This document shows positions 47,117 to 56,679 of a DNA stretch of 64,000 nucleotides, piece by piece. Numbering within the stretch: position 1 is the first letter of the stretch; each line of letters begins with the position of its first letter. The stretch comes from a virus. The notes beneath the pieces are model-generated. The model saw only the letters and a list, made by a program, of their open reading frames with translations, ran no database searches and was not told the origin of the DNA. The translations under genes were made by a program, and so were the position numbers. The stretch covers positions 14,131 through 78,130 of the IMG/VR virus record IMGVR_UViG_3300025120_010946; one strand, 5' to 3'.

Positions 47117-48399
47117 TTGATACCTTTATTGAGTCAGCAAAGGAGATGGATGAGGATATCTTTCCTTTTATGGCTAATAAAAATTGGGAAGAAGGTAAAC
47201 CCGTTTACTATTCTGGACCTTACTGGGATGATGATGAGGCGAGAGAATTAATTTATGCTGTTATGAAGGGTAAGTGGTTATCCTCTGGTGAAAAAGTAAA
47301 CAAGTTTGAACACGAATTCTCAAAGAAATTTGGTTATAAACAATCAGTGATGGTGAACTCTGGTAGTTCTGCTAATCTTGTAATGATTGCTGCACTGAAA
47401 AAATATTTTAATTGGGCAGACGGTGACGAAGTTATTGTATGTGCTTGTGGGTTTGCAACAACTGTTGCACCCATTGTACAAGCAGGACTTAAACCTGTGT
47501 TTGTTGATATTGATTGGCATGATCTTAACTGGAATCTTAAAGAGGTTGAGGCAAAGATTGGTGATAGGACTGTAGCTGTAATCTCATCACCAGTTTTAGG
47601 TAACCCTTATGATATGAATAAACTTTATGATATCTTAGACAAATATAAAATTGAACTTATTGCAGATAATTGTGATAGTCTAGGTAGTAAGTATGACGGC
47701 AAATATCTTACTGAACGTGCTGTAGCTGCATCGTGTTCTTTTTATCCTGCCCATCATATTTGCACTATTGAAGGTGGTATGGTTTCCTCTGATAACAAGG
47801 CAATCATTGATCTGGCACGTAGTTTTGCGTGGTGGGGGCGAGGTTGTTATTGTGTAGGACAACAGAATCTTTTATCAAATGGTGTATGTGGACGACGATT
47901 TGATAAGTGGTTAGAAAATTATCCAGATATTGTAGATCATAAGTATGTCTTTGGGAATATGGGTTATAATCTAAAACCTCTTGATCTTCAGGGAGCAGTT
48001 GGTTCGGTTCAACTCTTAAAGTTTGAAGATATCCATAATAAACGCCGCAATAATAAATGGAAAATTCATCAAATTCTAGAAAAAATCCCTGGAATTCGTG
48101 TCATAAATGAAAAATCAATTGCAGAGACAAGTTGGTTTGGTGTGCCTATTCTGTGTAATAATAAAAAATTAAAGCACTCTCTTGTCAAACATTTTGAAAA
48201 TAATAAAATTCAAACTAGAAACTATTTTGCTGGAAATATTTTACTTCATCCTGGATATTCACATCTTGATGACGCGAATAAATATCCAAACGCGAACCAA
48301 GTGTTGGACTTAGTGTTCTTCCTTGGATGTTCGCCTACAATCACCAATAAGATGATTGATTATATCAGCAAAGTGGCATCTGAATATGTTAGCAACTGA
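47104..48399 (+). CDS. DegT/DnrJ-fold NDP-4-keto-6-deoxyhexose 3-dehydratase (RfbH/E1-like)
   Basis: NSGSSANL, SFYPAHHI with His replacing the PLP lysine, GRGCYC...C...DHKY Fe-S motif, TRNYFAGN. Confidence 0.85.
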   Translation: MYQLIDTFIESAKEMDEDIFPFMANKNWEEGKPVYYSGPYWDDDEARELIYAVMKGKWLSSGEKVNKFEHEFSKKFGYKQSVMVNSGSSANLVMIAALKKYFNWADGDEVIVCACGFATTVAPIVQAGLKPVFVDIDWHDLNWNLKEVEAKIGDRTVAVISSPVLGNPYDMNKLYDILDKYKIELIADNCDSLGSKYDGKYLTERAVAASCSFYPAHHICTIEGGMVSSDNKAIIDLARSFAWWGRGCYCVGQQNLLSNGVCGRRFDKWLENYPDIVDHKYVFGNMGYNLKPLDLQGAVGSVQLLKFEDIHNKRRNNKWKIHQILEKIPGIRVINEKSIAETSWFGVPILCNNKKLKHSLVKHFENNKIQTRNYFAGNILLHPGYSHLDDANKYPNANQVLDLVFFLGCSPTITNKMIDYISKVASEYVSN

Positions 48400-49276
48400 A
48401 TTTTTGCATGGACAAGGACTTGGAAATCAACTATTTGCATATGTAACAACTAGAGTTTTAGCCCGTAGACTGGGTTATGATTTTGGTATTAAAGGACTTC
48501 AGAGTGCAGGAGACTCTAGGGTTAATCAAAAAGGTTTTTATTTTATGAACCTTGATTATGGTAAAGAGGTTCCTGATAATCTTGTTAGATATAGTGAATA
48601 CAGACACGCATTACATACTGACAAATGGTTGCATACTGATATCCGTTTAACTGATAGGGGTTTATTATCTATTCCTAACAATCATATAATCTATGGTAAT
48701 TTTCAATCTGAAGATTACTTCTATGATGAGATTAATTTGGTTAAGGAGTGGTTAAAAGTTCGTGTCATGTACGAACATAGTGATACAAATGGAAAGAACA
48801 TCTGTGTTCTGAATTTTCGTGGTGGAGATATGATTGGCAATGCTGGTGCATATGTCCCTAGATCATATTGGATAAATGCAATGGAGCATATGTCACAATA
48901 TAATCCAAATATGGAATATTGTATTGTAACTGATGATGTTGAGGCTGCTAGAAATATGCTTCCCGATATTCCAGCATATCATGTTGATGTGGCATGGGAT
49001 TATGTTGCTGTTAAGAATGCAAGGAATGTTATTTGCACCACATCCACTTTCTCCTGTTTTCCTCTTTGGACATCAAAGAATCTAGAGATGTGTATCGCAC
49101 CTAAGTACTGGTTCCATCACAACCTTTCAAAAGGTTGGTGGAGTTTGGGATGTAGCATTTATAGTTATCCAACATTTTATATGGATCGAGAAGGAAAACT
49201 CTTTACACCAGACGAATGTAGGGTAGAATGGGATGAGTACAAAAAGAAATCAAACATTTACGATGGTGATCTATGA
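48386..49276 (+). CDS. GT11-like glycosyltransferase
   Basis: GLGNQLF, GNFQSEDYF, NFRGGD, VTDD, STFS. Confidence 0.7.
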   Translation: MLATEFLHGQGLGNQLFAYVTTRVLARRLGYDFGIKGLQSAGDSRVNQKGFYFMNLDYGKEVPDNLVRYSEYRHALHTDKWLHTDIRLTDRGLLSIPNNHIIYGNFQSEDYFYDEINLVKEWLKVRVMYEHSDTNGKNICVLNFRGGDMIGNAGAYVPRSYWINAMEHMSQYNPNMEYCIVTDDVEAARNMLPDIPAYHVDVAWDYVAVKNARNVICTTSTFSCFPLWTSKNLEMCIAPKYWFHHNLSKGWWSLGCSIYSYPTFYMDREGKLFTPDECRVEWDEYKKKSNIYDGDL

Positions 49277-49983
49277 TGCCAAAAATTAATCTACATGATG
49301 TTACTCTGATATCTGTAGACACCACAGATGATCTATCAGGCACTCTTAATGGTGTCTTTACTAGTATGTCTGGCATTAATTATGGTGCCGTCAAACTTAT
49401 TACTACACAAGAACAAATTGATAAAAATCCAGATCTTGTGAAAGAAGGTGTCACGATGGAAACTTCTGTTCGTGATATTAAAAACTATAATGATTACAAC
49501 TATTATGTAATCTATCATCTACATGAACATGTTGATACATCACATTGTCTGTTAGTTCAACCGGATGGTTTTGTATTATTCGCAGACAAATGGGATGATA
49601 CTTGGCTTGAATATGATTACATTGGTGCTCCATGGGCATACGTAGAGGATGCATACATTGATCCTTTTGGCAATCATCATAGAGTTGGTAATGGAGGATT
49701 TTCTATGCGTAGTAAAAAATTCCTTGAAGTTCCTACAAAGGTAGAAGTGCCTTGGGAAACAAACAATAGTGACTTTTACTGGATGCCTGAAGGTATTGTG
49801 AACTATCATGAGGATGGTAATGTCTGTGTTCACAACAGACATATCTTTCAAGAACAAGGTATGAAATATGCTCCCGTTGATGTTGCCGTCAGGTTCTCAC
49901 AAGAAACCAGGGTTCCTGAAGCTGAAGGTATCACACCGTTTGGTTTCCACTATAGACTTCCCCCCGGAGTAGAACTTTCATGA
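49273..49983 (+). CDS. DUF5672-like putative glycosyltransferase
   Basis: QPDGF, YDYIGAPW, VGNGGFSMRS, ED, PFGFH. Confidence 0.7.
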   Translation: MMPKINLHDVTLISVDTTDDLSGTLNGVFTSMSGINYGAVKLITTQEQIDKNPDLVKEGVTMETSVRDIKNYNDYNYYVIYHLHEHVDTSHCLLVQPDGFVLFADKWDDTWLEYDYIGAPWAYVEDAYIDPFGNHHRVGNGGFSMRSKKFLEVPTKVEVPWETNNSDFYWMPEGIVNYHEDGNVCVHNRHIFQEQGMKYAPVDVAVRFSQETRVPEAEGITPFGFHYRLPPGVELS

Positions 49984-50789
49984 TCGGACACAATCACATT
50001 GGCAAGAATGGAAGGTTTGGCAATCAGATGTTCCAATATGCAGCAACCAGAGGTATTGCACATAATCAAGAGGTTGATTTAATCATCCCCGATGGACCTA
50101 GAACTGATGATAAGTTCATTGATGAGGAGAATCAACATAAACTCTTCATGGCTTTTAATATGACTGGTGCTAAAAACATTGGTATGTTTGAAGCACCTTA
50201 TCGAAAGGAAGCAAGTTTTAGATTTGATGGGGATTTATTTGAAAACTGTGATGATAATGTAAACCTCTATGGTTATTTCCAGTCAGAGGAATACTTTGCT
50301 CATATTGAAGATGAGATTCGTGAAGACTTTACTTTTAAACCTGAAGTTCAAAAACTCTGTAAAGATATCTGGAAAGAAATTGTAACTGATGAAGGATACA
50401 CCGAAGCAATCGGACTCCACGTCCGGAGAACAGATCATCTTACCAAACCAACCTTCCATCCAGTCCTTCCAATTTCCTACTACGAAGAGGCACTTGGACG
50501 ATTGCCTGAGAATATCCCTGTGTTTGTATTCACGGATGATCCATCGTGGGCGTTTGGACACAAGTTCTTTGAATCAGATCGTTTCTTTATCTCTGAGAGT
50601 GACAACATTCACGATATGTGCCTCATGTCCATGTGCGACTATAATATCATCGCAAACTCCACCTTCTCATGGTGGGGAGCATGGCTCGCAGGGCATGACA
50701 GAGTGATTGCACCTAAACTTTGGTTTGGATCGGATGGTGAGGATCCAACCGATATTTACATTGATCGCTGGGAATATCTTGATGTCTGA
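49980..50789 (+). CDS. GT11 alpha-1,2-fucosyltransferase-like protein
   Basis: GRFGNQMFQYA, GYFQSE, HVRRTD, NSTFSWWGA. Confidence 0.88.
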   Translation: MIGHNHIGKNGRFGNQMFQYAATRGIAHNQEVDLIIPDGPRTDDKFIDEENQHKLFMAFNMTGAKNIGMFEAPYRKEASFRFDGDLFENCDDNVNLYGYFQSEEYFAHIEDEIREDFTFKPEVQKLCKDIWKEIVTDEGYTEAIGLHVRRTDHLTKPTFHPVLPISYYEEALGRLPENIPVFVFTDDPSWAFGHKFFESDRFFISESDNIHDMCLMSMCDYNIIANSTFSWWGAWLAGHDRVIAPKLWFGSDGEDPTDIYIDRWEYLDV

Positions 50790-51540
50790 AATTACAGTAT
50801 GTATTCCCACTTATGAATACAAAGGTGACGGAGTTGCTTACCTTGGAGATTTGTTTGATAGTCTTGCTAGGCAAACCTTTCAAAACTTTGATGTTGTCAT
50901 CTCTGATCATAGTAAAGATGATGTAATTATGGAATGGTGTCGCCACTGTCACTATGACTTTAAAATTACCTATTTAAAAAATCCCAATGGACGTGGATAC
51001 CAAGCACCTAATACCAACTGTGCTATTGAAAATGCAGAAGGTAGAATCTTAAAATTAATCTATCAGGATGATATTTTTGTAGACGATAATGCATTGCAAA
51101 AGATCTATGATGTATTTCAAACTGGTATTAAATGGTTGGTTCATGGGTTTACTCACACCACTGATGGTGTAGAAACTCATAGAAACTGTTCTCCCAGATG
51201 GACACCTAGAATGGTAGAAGGTGATAACCTGCTTGGGAGCCCATCATGCACTGCATTTCTTAATGGCACGTATGACGGTATGGATGAGAATATAAAACTT
51301 CTTATTGATACTGAACTCTATCATCGTATGAGGTTTAAACATGGTATGCCTGCACTAATGAACGATATTCTTATTGCCAATAGAGAGCACGATAATAGAA
51401 TGAGTGCTACAGGTGTTGACTACGATGCTATCATCTCAGATTCATCTAGAACTTGGATGGTAAATAAGGCAGAGATAGATCACATCTATAGTAAGCATCC
51501 AGAATTTTTTGCAACTAGAAAGTATCCTGATGAAAATTGA
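50782..51540 (+). CDS. GT2 glycosyltransferase
   Basis: ITVCIPTYE, VVISDHS, YQDD, GSPS. Confidence 0.85.
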   Translation: MSEITVCIPTYEYKGDGVAYLGDLFDSLARQTFQNFDVVISDHSKDDVIMEWCRHCHYDFKITYLKNPNGRGYQAPNTNCAIENAEGRILKLIYQDDIFVDDNALQKIYDVFQTGIKWLVHGFTHTTDGVETHRNCSPRWTPRMVEGDNLLGSPSCTAFLNGTYDGMDENIKLLIDTELYHRMRFKHGMPALMNDILIANREHDNRMSATGVDYDAIISDSSRTWMVNKAEIDHIYSKHPEFFATRKYPDEN

Positions 51541-52342
51541 TTTAAAACAAGCGACTTTTATTATTCCTATACGTATTGAATCTGAAGATAGGCTTAGAAA
51601 TGTCATCACTTCTATTGCATTTCTTCTCAATAACTTTGACACAAATATAATTGTCAAAGAAGTTGATAAGACATCTGTATTTGCAGAACAAGTATTACCT
51701 CAGTTAGAAAGTTTTTTTGGTGTAGCAAAAGTTAAACACATCTTTGAAGAAAGTGATGAATCTTTGTTTCATCGTCAAAGAGTTTTAAACGAAATGATAA
51801 TGGAAGCAGACACAGACATCGTAGTGAACTATGATTGTGATGTGATTCTTCCAGTTGAGTCATATACTCTTGCATATAATGGTATTATGGATGGTGTTTA
51901 CGATGTGGTTTATCCATATGGTAATGGAATGTATCAACGTCAAGTAAACGCTGAAGATAGTGTTGTATCAAATTTTCTTGACGGTAATGACTACGGCGCT
52001 TTGAATAGGGTTTCTACTGAGCATTCCTCTGACTATGGATGGGCACAGTTCTTTCGTAGAAAATGTTATATCGATGGCGGTATGGAAAATGAAAACTTCC
52101 GTGCATATGCACCAGAAGATAAAGAAAGATATTATAGATTTACTACATTGGGATATAGAGTGGGTAGAATCAACAATGTTGTCTATCACTTAGAACATGT
52201 TAGGGGTGAAAACTCTTGGTTCTCTAATCCTCATATGCAAAACAACAATCTTGAATGGGAAAAAATTAATAAGATGGACAAAAAGAATTTAATGGATTAT
52301 TATTCAAAACAGGATTATCTAAAGAAGTATGTTAGCATTTAA
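51530..52342 (+). CDS. GT-A glycosyltransferase with GT7-like C-terminus
   Basis: FIIPIR, DCD (DxD), GGMENENF...PED, YHLEH. Confidence 0.75.
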   Translation: MKIDLKQATFIIPIRIESEDRLRNVITSIAFLLNNFDTNIIVKEVDKTSVFAEQVLPQLESFFGVAKVKHIFEESDESLFHRQRVLNEMIMEADTDIVVNYDCDVILPVESYTLAYNGIMDGVYDVVYPYGNGMYQRQVNAEDSVVSNFLDGNDYGALNRVSTEHSSDYGWAQFFRRKCYIDGGMENENFRAYAPEDKERYYRFTTLGYRVGRINNVVYHLEHVRGENSWFSNPHMQNNNLEWEKINKMDKKNLMDYYSKQDYLKKYVSI

Positions 52343-53192
52343 TGGTATTGGTAATCTAGGTAGACTGGGCAATCAAATGTTCGAATATGCGGCGTTACGG
52401 GGTATTGCTGCAACACATGGATATGATTGGTGCATTCCTCCATATAGTGCTGAGAGCACGACTGGAGAAAACTACAGTCTTCACTATTGTTTTAAGATGG
52501 AGGATGTTGATGATAACCATCTAGGTATGTTGGGCACAGGTGTGTTTCATCAGGAGAGACACTTTCATTATGATAAACTCCTGGTAGAGAATTGTCCTGA
52601 TAATGTTAGTTTGCATGGATTTTTTCAATCTGAAAAATACTTTAAGAATGCAGAGAATATTATTAGGAAGGAATATACATTTCATGATGAACACTTGATA
52701 CCATGTAAAGAAATTATGGATCAGTATAAGGATCAGGAACCTATCATGCTTCATGTTAGACGGGGTGATCCTAATCTGACAGATTCCCGTGGATTTAAGT
52801 GGAGTTATACTCAGTGTTCATCGATGCATCCCCCTCAAACTATTGATTATTATGAAAATGCTCTTGATCAATTTGATGACAATCAACCCGTCTTTGTTTT
52901 CTCTGATTCTATTGATTGGGTGAAGGAGCAGGAGTTCTTCTCTGGTGATAGATTTTTAATTTCAGAACCAGTAGATAAGTATAGTGATGGTTCTCTTACA
53001 CCATATGCTGATTTGTGCTTGATGTCTTTATGTTCTCATGCTATTATTGCTAATAGTAGTATGAGTTGGTGGGGAGCCTGGTTACAGTCGAACCCCAACA
53101 AAAAAGTTATCGCTCCGAAAAATTGGTTCGGATCGACATATGCAGATAAAGACACTACAGATCTCTATTGTCCTAATTGGATTGTCCTATGA
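52329..53192 (+). CDS. GT11 alpha-1,2-fucosyltransferase-like protein
   Basis: GRLGNQMFEYA, GFFQSEKYF, HVRRGD, FSD, NSSMSWWGA. Confidence 0.88.
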   Translation: MLAFNGIGNLGRLGNQMFEYAALRGIAATHGYDWCIPPYSAESTTGENYSLHYCFKMEDVDDNHLGMLGTGVFHQERHFHYDKLLVENCPDNVSLHGFFQSEKYFKNAENIIRKEYTFHDEHLIPCKEIMDQYKDQEPIMLHVRRGDPNLTDSRGFKWSYTQCSSMHPPQTIDYYENALDQFDDNQPVFVFSDSIDWVKEQEFFSGDRFLISEPVDKYSDGSLTPYADLCLMSLCSHAIIANSSMSWWGAWLQSNPNKKVIAPKNWFGSTYADKDTTDLYCPNWIVL

Positions 53193-53962
53193 ACAGAATT
53201 ACTGATTACGCCGAACTGGAATCCAGAATTGTTTCCTGGATTCGCGAATACGCTGATAACAATTTTATAGAAGCACTAGTTATTGGTGTTTCAGGTGGTA
53301 TTGATTCCGCTGTAGTCTCTACCCTGTGTGCGAAAACTGGCATTGCTACATTTGTGTTGACGATGCCTCTTGAATCAAAACTTGATAACACAATTCTTTC
53401 TACGACACATGCAACATATCTCAAAGAAAAGTATGATAATGTTGTAGTACAAAATGTTGAACTATCTGGTACTTATGATAAACTTCTCCATTCTATCGAT
53501 TGGTGGACTGATGCTCATGGTGGTGAGAAAGGAACGTTTACTTCTAACAAGTTAGCTAACGCTAATACAAAGTCACGTCTTCGTATGGTTACTTTGTATC
53601 AAATTGCTGGAACTGTGGGAGGTATTGTTGTCGGAACTGGTAATAAAGTTGAAGACTATGGTATCGGATTTTATACTAAATATGGTGATGGCGGTGTTGA
53701 TATTGCACCCATCGCTGACTTGTATAAAACTGAAGTATGGAAACTTGGTAAACACCTTGGTGTCGATCAGCGTATCATCGATGCTGCTCCTACAGATGGA
53801 CTGTGGGAAGATGGTAGAACTGATGAGGCGCAGGTTGGCGCACCCTATGAAGATTTAGAATACGCCATGGAGTATGGTACTGGTTCTGCAGTTCAAATCC
53901 TTCATGAGTATAATACAAAAAACAAGCATAAAATGATCTCTATTCCTACATTTAAACTATGA
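53189..53962 (+). CDS. nadE: NH3-dependent NAD+ synthetase
   Basis: PP-loop SGGIDS, NTKSRLRM, GTGNKVE, FYTKYGDG, PTDGLW, DE. Confidence 0.9.
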   Translation: MNRITDYAELESRIVSWIREYADNNFIEALVIGVSGGIDSAVVSTLCAKTGIATFVLTMPLESKLDNTILSTTHATYLKEKYDNVVVQNVELSGTYDKLLHSIDWWTDAHGGEKGTFTSNKLANANTKSRLRMVTLYQIAGTVGGIVVGTGNKVEDYGIGFYTKYGDGGVDIAPIADLYKTEVWKLGKHLGVDQRIIDAAPTDGLWEDGRTDEAQVGAPYEDLEYAMEYGTGSAVQILHEYNTKNKHKMISIPTFKL

Positions 53963-55095
53963 AAATTGGTGTAATAGGTGCGGGGCGACTTGGAATTTGC
54001 TTCGCATTACTATGTGAACAAGCGGGGTATGATGTATTAGTCTCTGATATTCGCGAAGATTACGTCGCGGATCTTATGGCAAAGAAGATTAGGACTAATG
54101 AACCTGGTGTTCACGATTATCTGAGTCTTTCTCAGAATTTTTCAGCTACAACTAGTAATGAAAAAGTAATTCAAGAGTGTGATATCATTTATACTCTTGT
54201 AGCAACTCCCTCTCTTCCCAGTGGTGACTATGATGTCAGTGCTGTGTGGAGAGTTGTTGATGACATTATTGAATCTGGTGTGCAGAATAAGTCTTTCATA
54301 GTTGGTTGTACTACGAATCCTGGTGATTGCGAAATGTTCCAGGAGAGACTTGAAAAGAGTGGTTGGGAGACTTTCTATAACCCAGAGTTTATTGCTCAGG
54401 GATCGATTATCAAAGATCTTCAGAATGCTGACATGGTTTTGATTGGAGGAAAGTGGGGTAAGACTTTTGATCAGTTATCTGAACTCTATCACAAGATTCA
54501 AGTCACTCCTCCTCAAATCAGTTTGATGTCTAGGACTGCCTCAGAGGTGGTTAAAATCGCCACTAACTGCTTCCTTACCACTAAGATCAGTTATGCCAAC
54601 ATGATGGGGCAGGTGCTCACTCTAGACGGCATGGAGAGTGAGATTGATACCGTGCTCAATGCTATCGGTGCAGATAGTCGCGTGGGTAAAAAGTATCTGA
54701 AGTTTGGTTATGGTTTTGGTGGACCTTGCCTGCCTAGAGACAATCGTGCTTTTGCTGCTTATGCAAAAAATCTTGGTGTTGAATACAACTTAGGTGAGAC
54801 AACTGACAAGTTTAATCAAGAACACTCTAAATTTCTGCTTGACTATGTGATCAGTAGTAATCATACTAATCTTCCTTATTATTTTGATTATATTTCATAT
54901 AAAAAAGGTACAGATATTTTAACTGAGAGTCAACAATTTAAACTTTGTAAGGCAATTCTTGACGAGGGATTCACAGTTTATATTAATGATAACGAAACTA
55001 TTATTAATCAAGTTAAAGATACACTCTACGATCAATATTATGATAGAGTGAAATTCGGAGAACCTAAAGAGGATGTATTTAAGGTAGAGATCTAA
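53959..55095 (+). CDS. ugd: UDP-glucose/GDP-mannose 6-dehydrogenase family protein
   Basis: GAGRLG, VATP, NPEF, KISYAN, GFGGPCLPRD. Confidence 0.88.
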   Translation: MKIGVIGAGRLGICFALLCEQAGYDVLVSDIREDYVADLMAKKIRTNEPGVHDYLSLSQNFSATTSNEKVIQECDIIYTLVATPSLPSGDYDVSAVWRVVDDIIESGVQNKSFIVGCTTNPGDCEMFQERLEKSGWETFYNPEFIAQGSIIKDLQNADMVLIGGKWGKTFDQLSELYHKIQVTPPQISLMSRTASEVVKIATNCFLTTKISYANMMGQVLTLDGMESEIDTVLNAIGADSRVGKKYLKFGYGFGGPCLPRDNRAFAAYAKNLGVEYNLGETTDKFNQEHSKFLLDYVISSNHTNLPYYFDYISYKKGTDILTESQQFKLCKAILDEGFTVYINDNETIINQVKDTLYDQYYDRVKFGEPKEDVFKVEI

Positions 55096-55919
55096 TGACT
55101 TTTGCTACTGCGGATAGAAATAAATCAACGTTTAAACTTCGCAATTTTGGACCTGTATATTATCTGAACCTTGATGATCAACCTGAAAGGCGTCAGTATA
55201 TGGAGGATCAATTTAAATATTGGGAAGTTGAAAATTATGAAAGGATCTCTGCATACGACGGCAGAGAGGATGATCTTGGGCATATCATTAAGGGTGCTTA
55301 TCCTAACATGATGACTTCAGGTGAGATTGGTTGTACAACGTCTCATCTAAAGGCACTCAGACACTGGTTAGACAGCTCTGACAGTCCTTATGCGGTTATC
55401 ATGGAGGATGATTGTAGTCTTGAAACAGTTCAGCACTGGAACTTCACCTGGGATGACTTTAAAGCATATGCTCCCTATGATTGGGATGTGATTCAACTTG
55501 CTATCATCTGCACAGGTGATATCCACGTTAAAATTCATAAGCGGTTTGTCAATGACTTCTCTACTGCTTGCTACATGATCACTAGACGCCACGCACAAAA
55601 ACTGTTAGACTTCCATATACGCGGCGAAAAATATAAACTCGATAATGGAGTTAAGCCGCGTCCAGTTGCAGATGATCTTATCTACAATTCAGGTAATACC
55701 TACTCCATTCCACTCCTTTTATATAAAACTGACTTAGGATCAAGTATTCACCCAGAGCATATTGATGCTTTTCATAAGGGTAATTACTCTGCTCAATTGC
55801 ATTATTGGACTACCAATGGATCTCAAATGAACATCCGTGAACAGATGGATTATGATCCTTACTTAGGTAGAATTACAGAAAACTCTTCTGTTCAAAATGC
55901 GGAAACCCCAACCAATTGA
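55095..55919 (+). CDS. GT25 glycosyltransferase
   Basis: YLNLD...ERR, GEIGCTTSH, IMEDD. Confidence 0.85.
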   Translation: MTFATADRNKSTFKLRNFGPVYYLNLDDQPERRQYMEDQFKYWEVENYERISAYDGREDDLGHIIKGAYPNMMTSGEIGCTTSHLKALRHWLDSSDSPYAVIMEDDCSLETVQHWNFTWDDFKAYAPYDWDVIQLAIICTGDIHVKIHKRFVNDFSTACYMITRRHAQKLLDFHIRGEKYKLDNGVKPRPVADDLIYNSGNTYSIPLLLYKTDLGSSIHPEHIDAFHKGNYSAQLHYWTTNGSQMNIREQMDYDPYLGRITENSSVQNAETPTN

Positions 55920-55949
55920 CACGATCAAAAGAAAGTGCTAAGATAAATA
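55916..55949 (+). promoter_or_regulatory. Overlapping sigma70 (TTGACA-17-TAAGAT) and late (TAAATA) promoters
   Basis: -35 at 55916, -10 at 55939, TAAATA at 55944. Confidence 0.6.
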
Positions 55950-55952
55950 AAC

Positions 55953-55978
55953 ATTGTCACAGTGACAATTGTGACAAT
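55953..55978. repeat. Palindromic GTGACAAT triple repeat
   Basis: ATTGTCAC-A-GTGACAAT-T-GTGACAAT: one inverted and two direct copies. Confidence 0.8.
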
Positions 55979-56050
55979 ACTTAACAACAGAACCTTGTCG
56001 AGGTTCTTTCCATCCGTGGGTTAAACTCACGAGACACAAAGGTAAAACAA

Positions 56051-56419
56051 ATGTTTAAAACGACTATCGCTGCAGCTGCCGCTGCAATTGCTCTTGCACC
56101 AGCTGCTGCCCTAGCCGGTCCCTACGTCAACGTAGAAACCAATGCAGGTTGGGTTGGCGATGACTACACTGCTGCCACGACAGATCTTCACGTAGGATTT
56201 GAAGGCGAAGCAGGTGCTGCTTCTTACTACGTGCAGGCTGGACCTGCAATCGTCGCTGTTGACGGCGCAGAGACTGACACTCAGTTCTCTGGTAAAGCAG
56301 GTATTGGAGTCCCCGTCACCGATGCTATTGGCGTCTACGGAGAGCTCTCCTTCCTGACTGCTGACGATGATGATGACTTCGGTGTTGGTGGTAAGTTGGG
56401 CGCTAAGTTCAACTTCTGA
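56051..56419 (+). CDS. Small outer-membrane beta-barrel-like protein
   Basis: Ala-rich signal peptide (AAALA), alternating amphipathic strands, C-terminal KFNF (BAM-type terminal Phe). Confidence 0.75.
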   Translation: MFKTTIAAAAAAIALAPAAALAGPYVNVETNAGWVGDDYTAATTDLHVGFEGEAGAASYYVQAGPAIVAVDGAETDTQFSGKAGIGVPVTDAIGVYGELSFLTADDDDDFGVGGKLGAKFNF

Positions 56420-56456
56420 TTGTTCATATAGACACGTAAATATCTAGATGTTATAC

Positions 56457-56484
56457 TGGGGGTGCGACGGCATCCCCTTTTTTT
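56457..56484 (+). terminator. Intrinsic terminator
   Basis: GGGGGTGC-gacg-GCATCCCC followed by a T run. Confidence 0.75.
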
Positions 56485-56676
56485 ATGAGAAATTATTTTA
56501 CAAAACTCATTACTCATCCTGCCTTCCATTACAATCTGATTACTATCTCATTACTTGTTTCTATAGGGATGCTTCATAACCATGCTCACTACTCCATGGA
56601 AGTGGATGCTGACTCGTATGTCTTGCAGTGGTGCAGCAAGCATCCAAAGAAATGCACGTACAACCGTGACTGGTAG
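56485..56676 (+). CDS. Small TM hypothetical protein
   Basis: 63 aa, hydrophobic N-half, HNHAHY, WC...C. Confidence 0.55.
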   Translation: MRNYFTKLITHPAFHYNLITISLLVSIGMLHNHAHYSMEVDADSYVLQWCSKHPKKCTYNRDW

Positions 56677-56679
56677 CTG

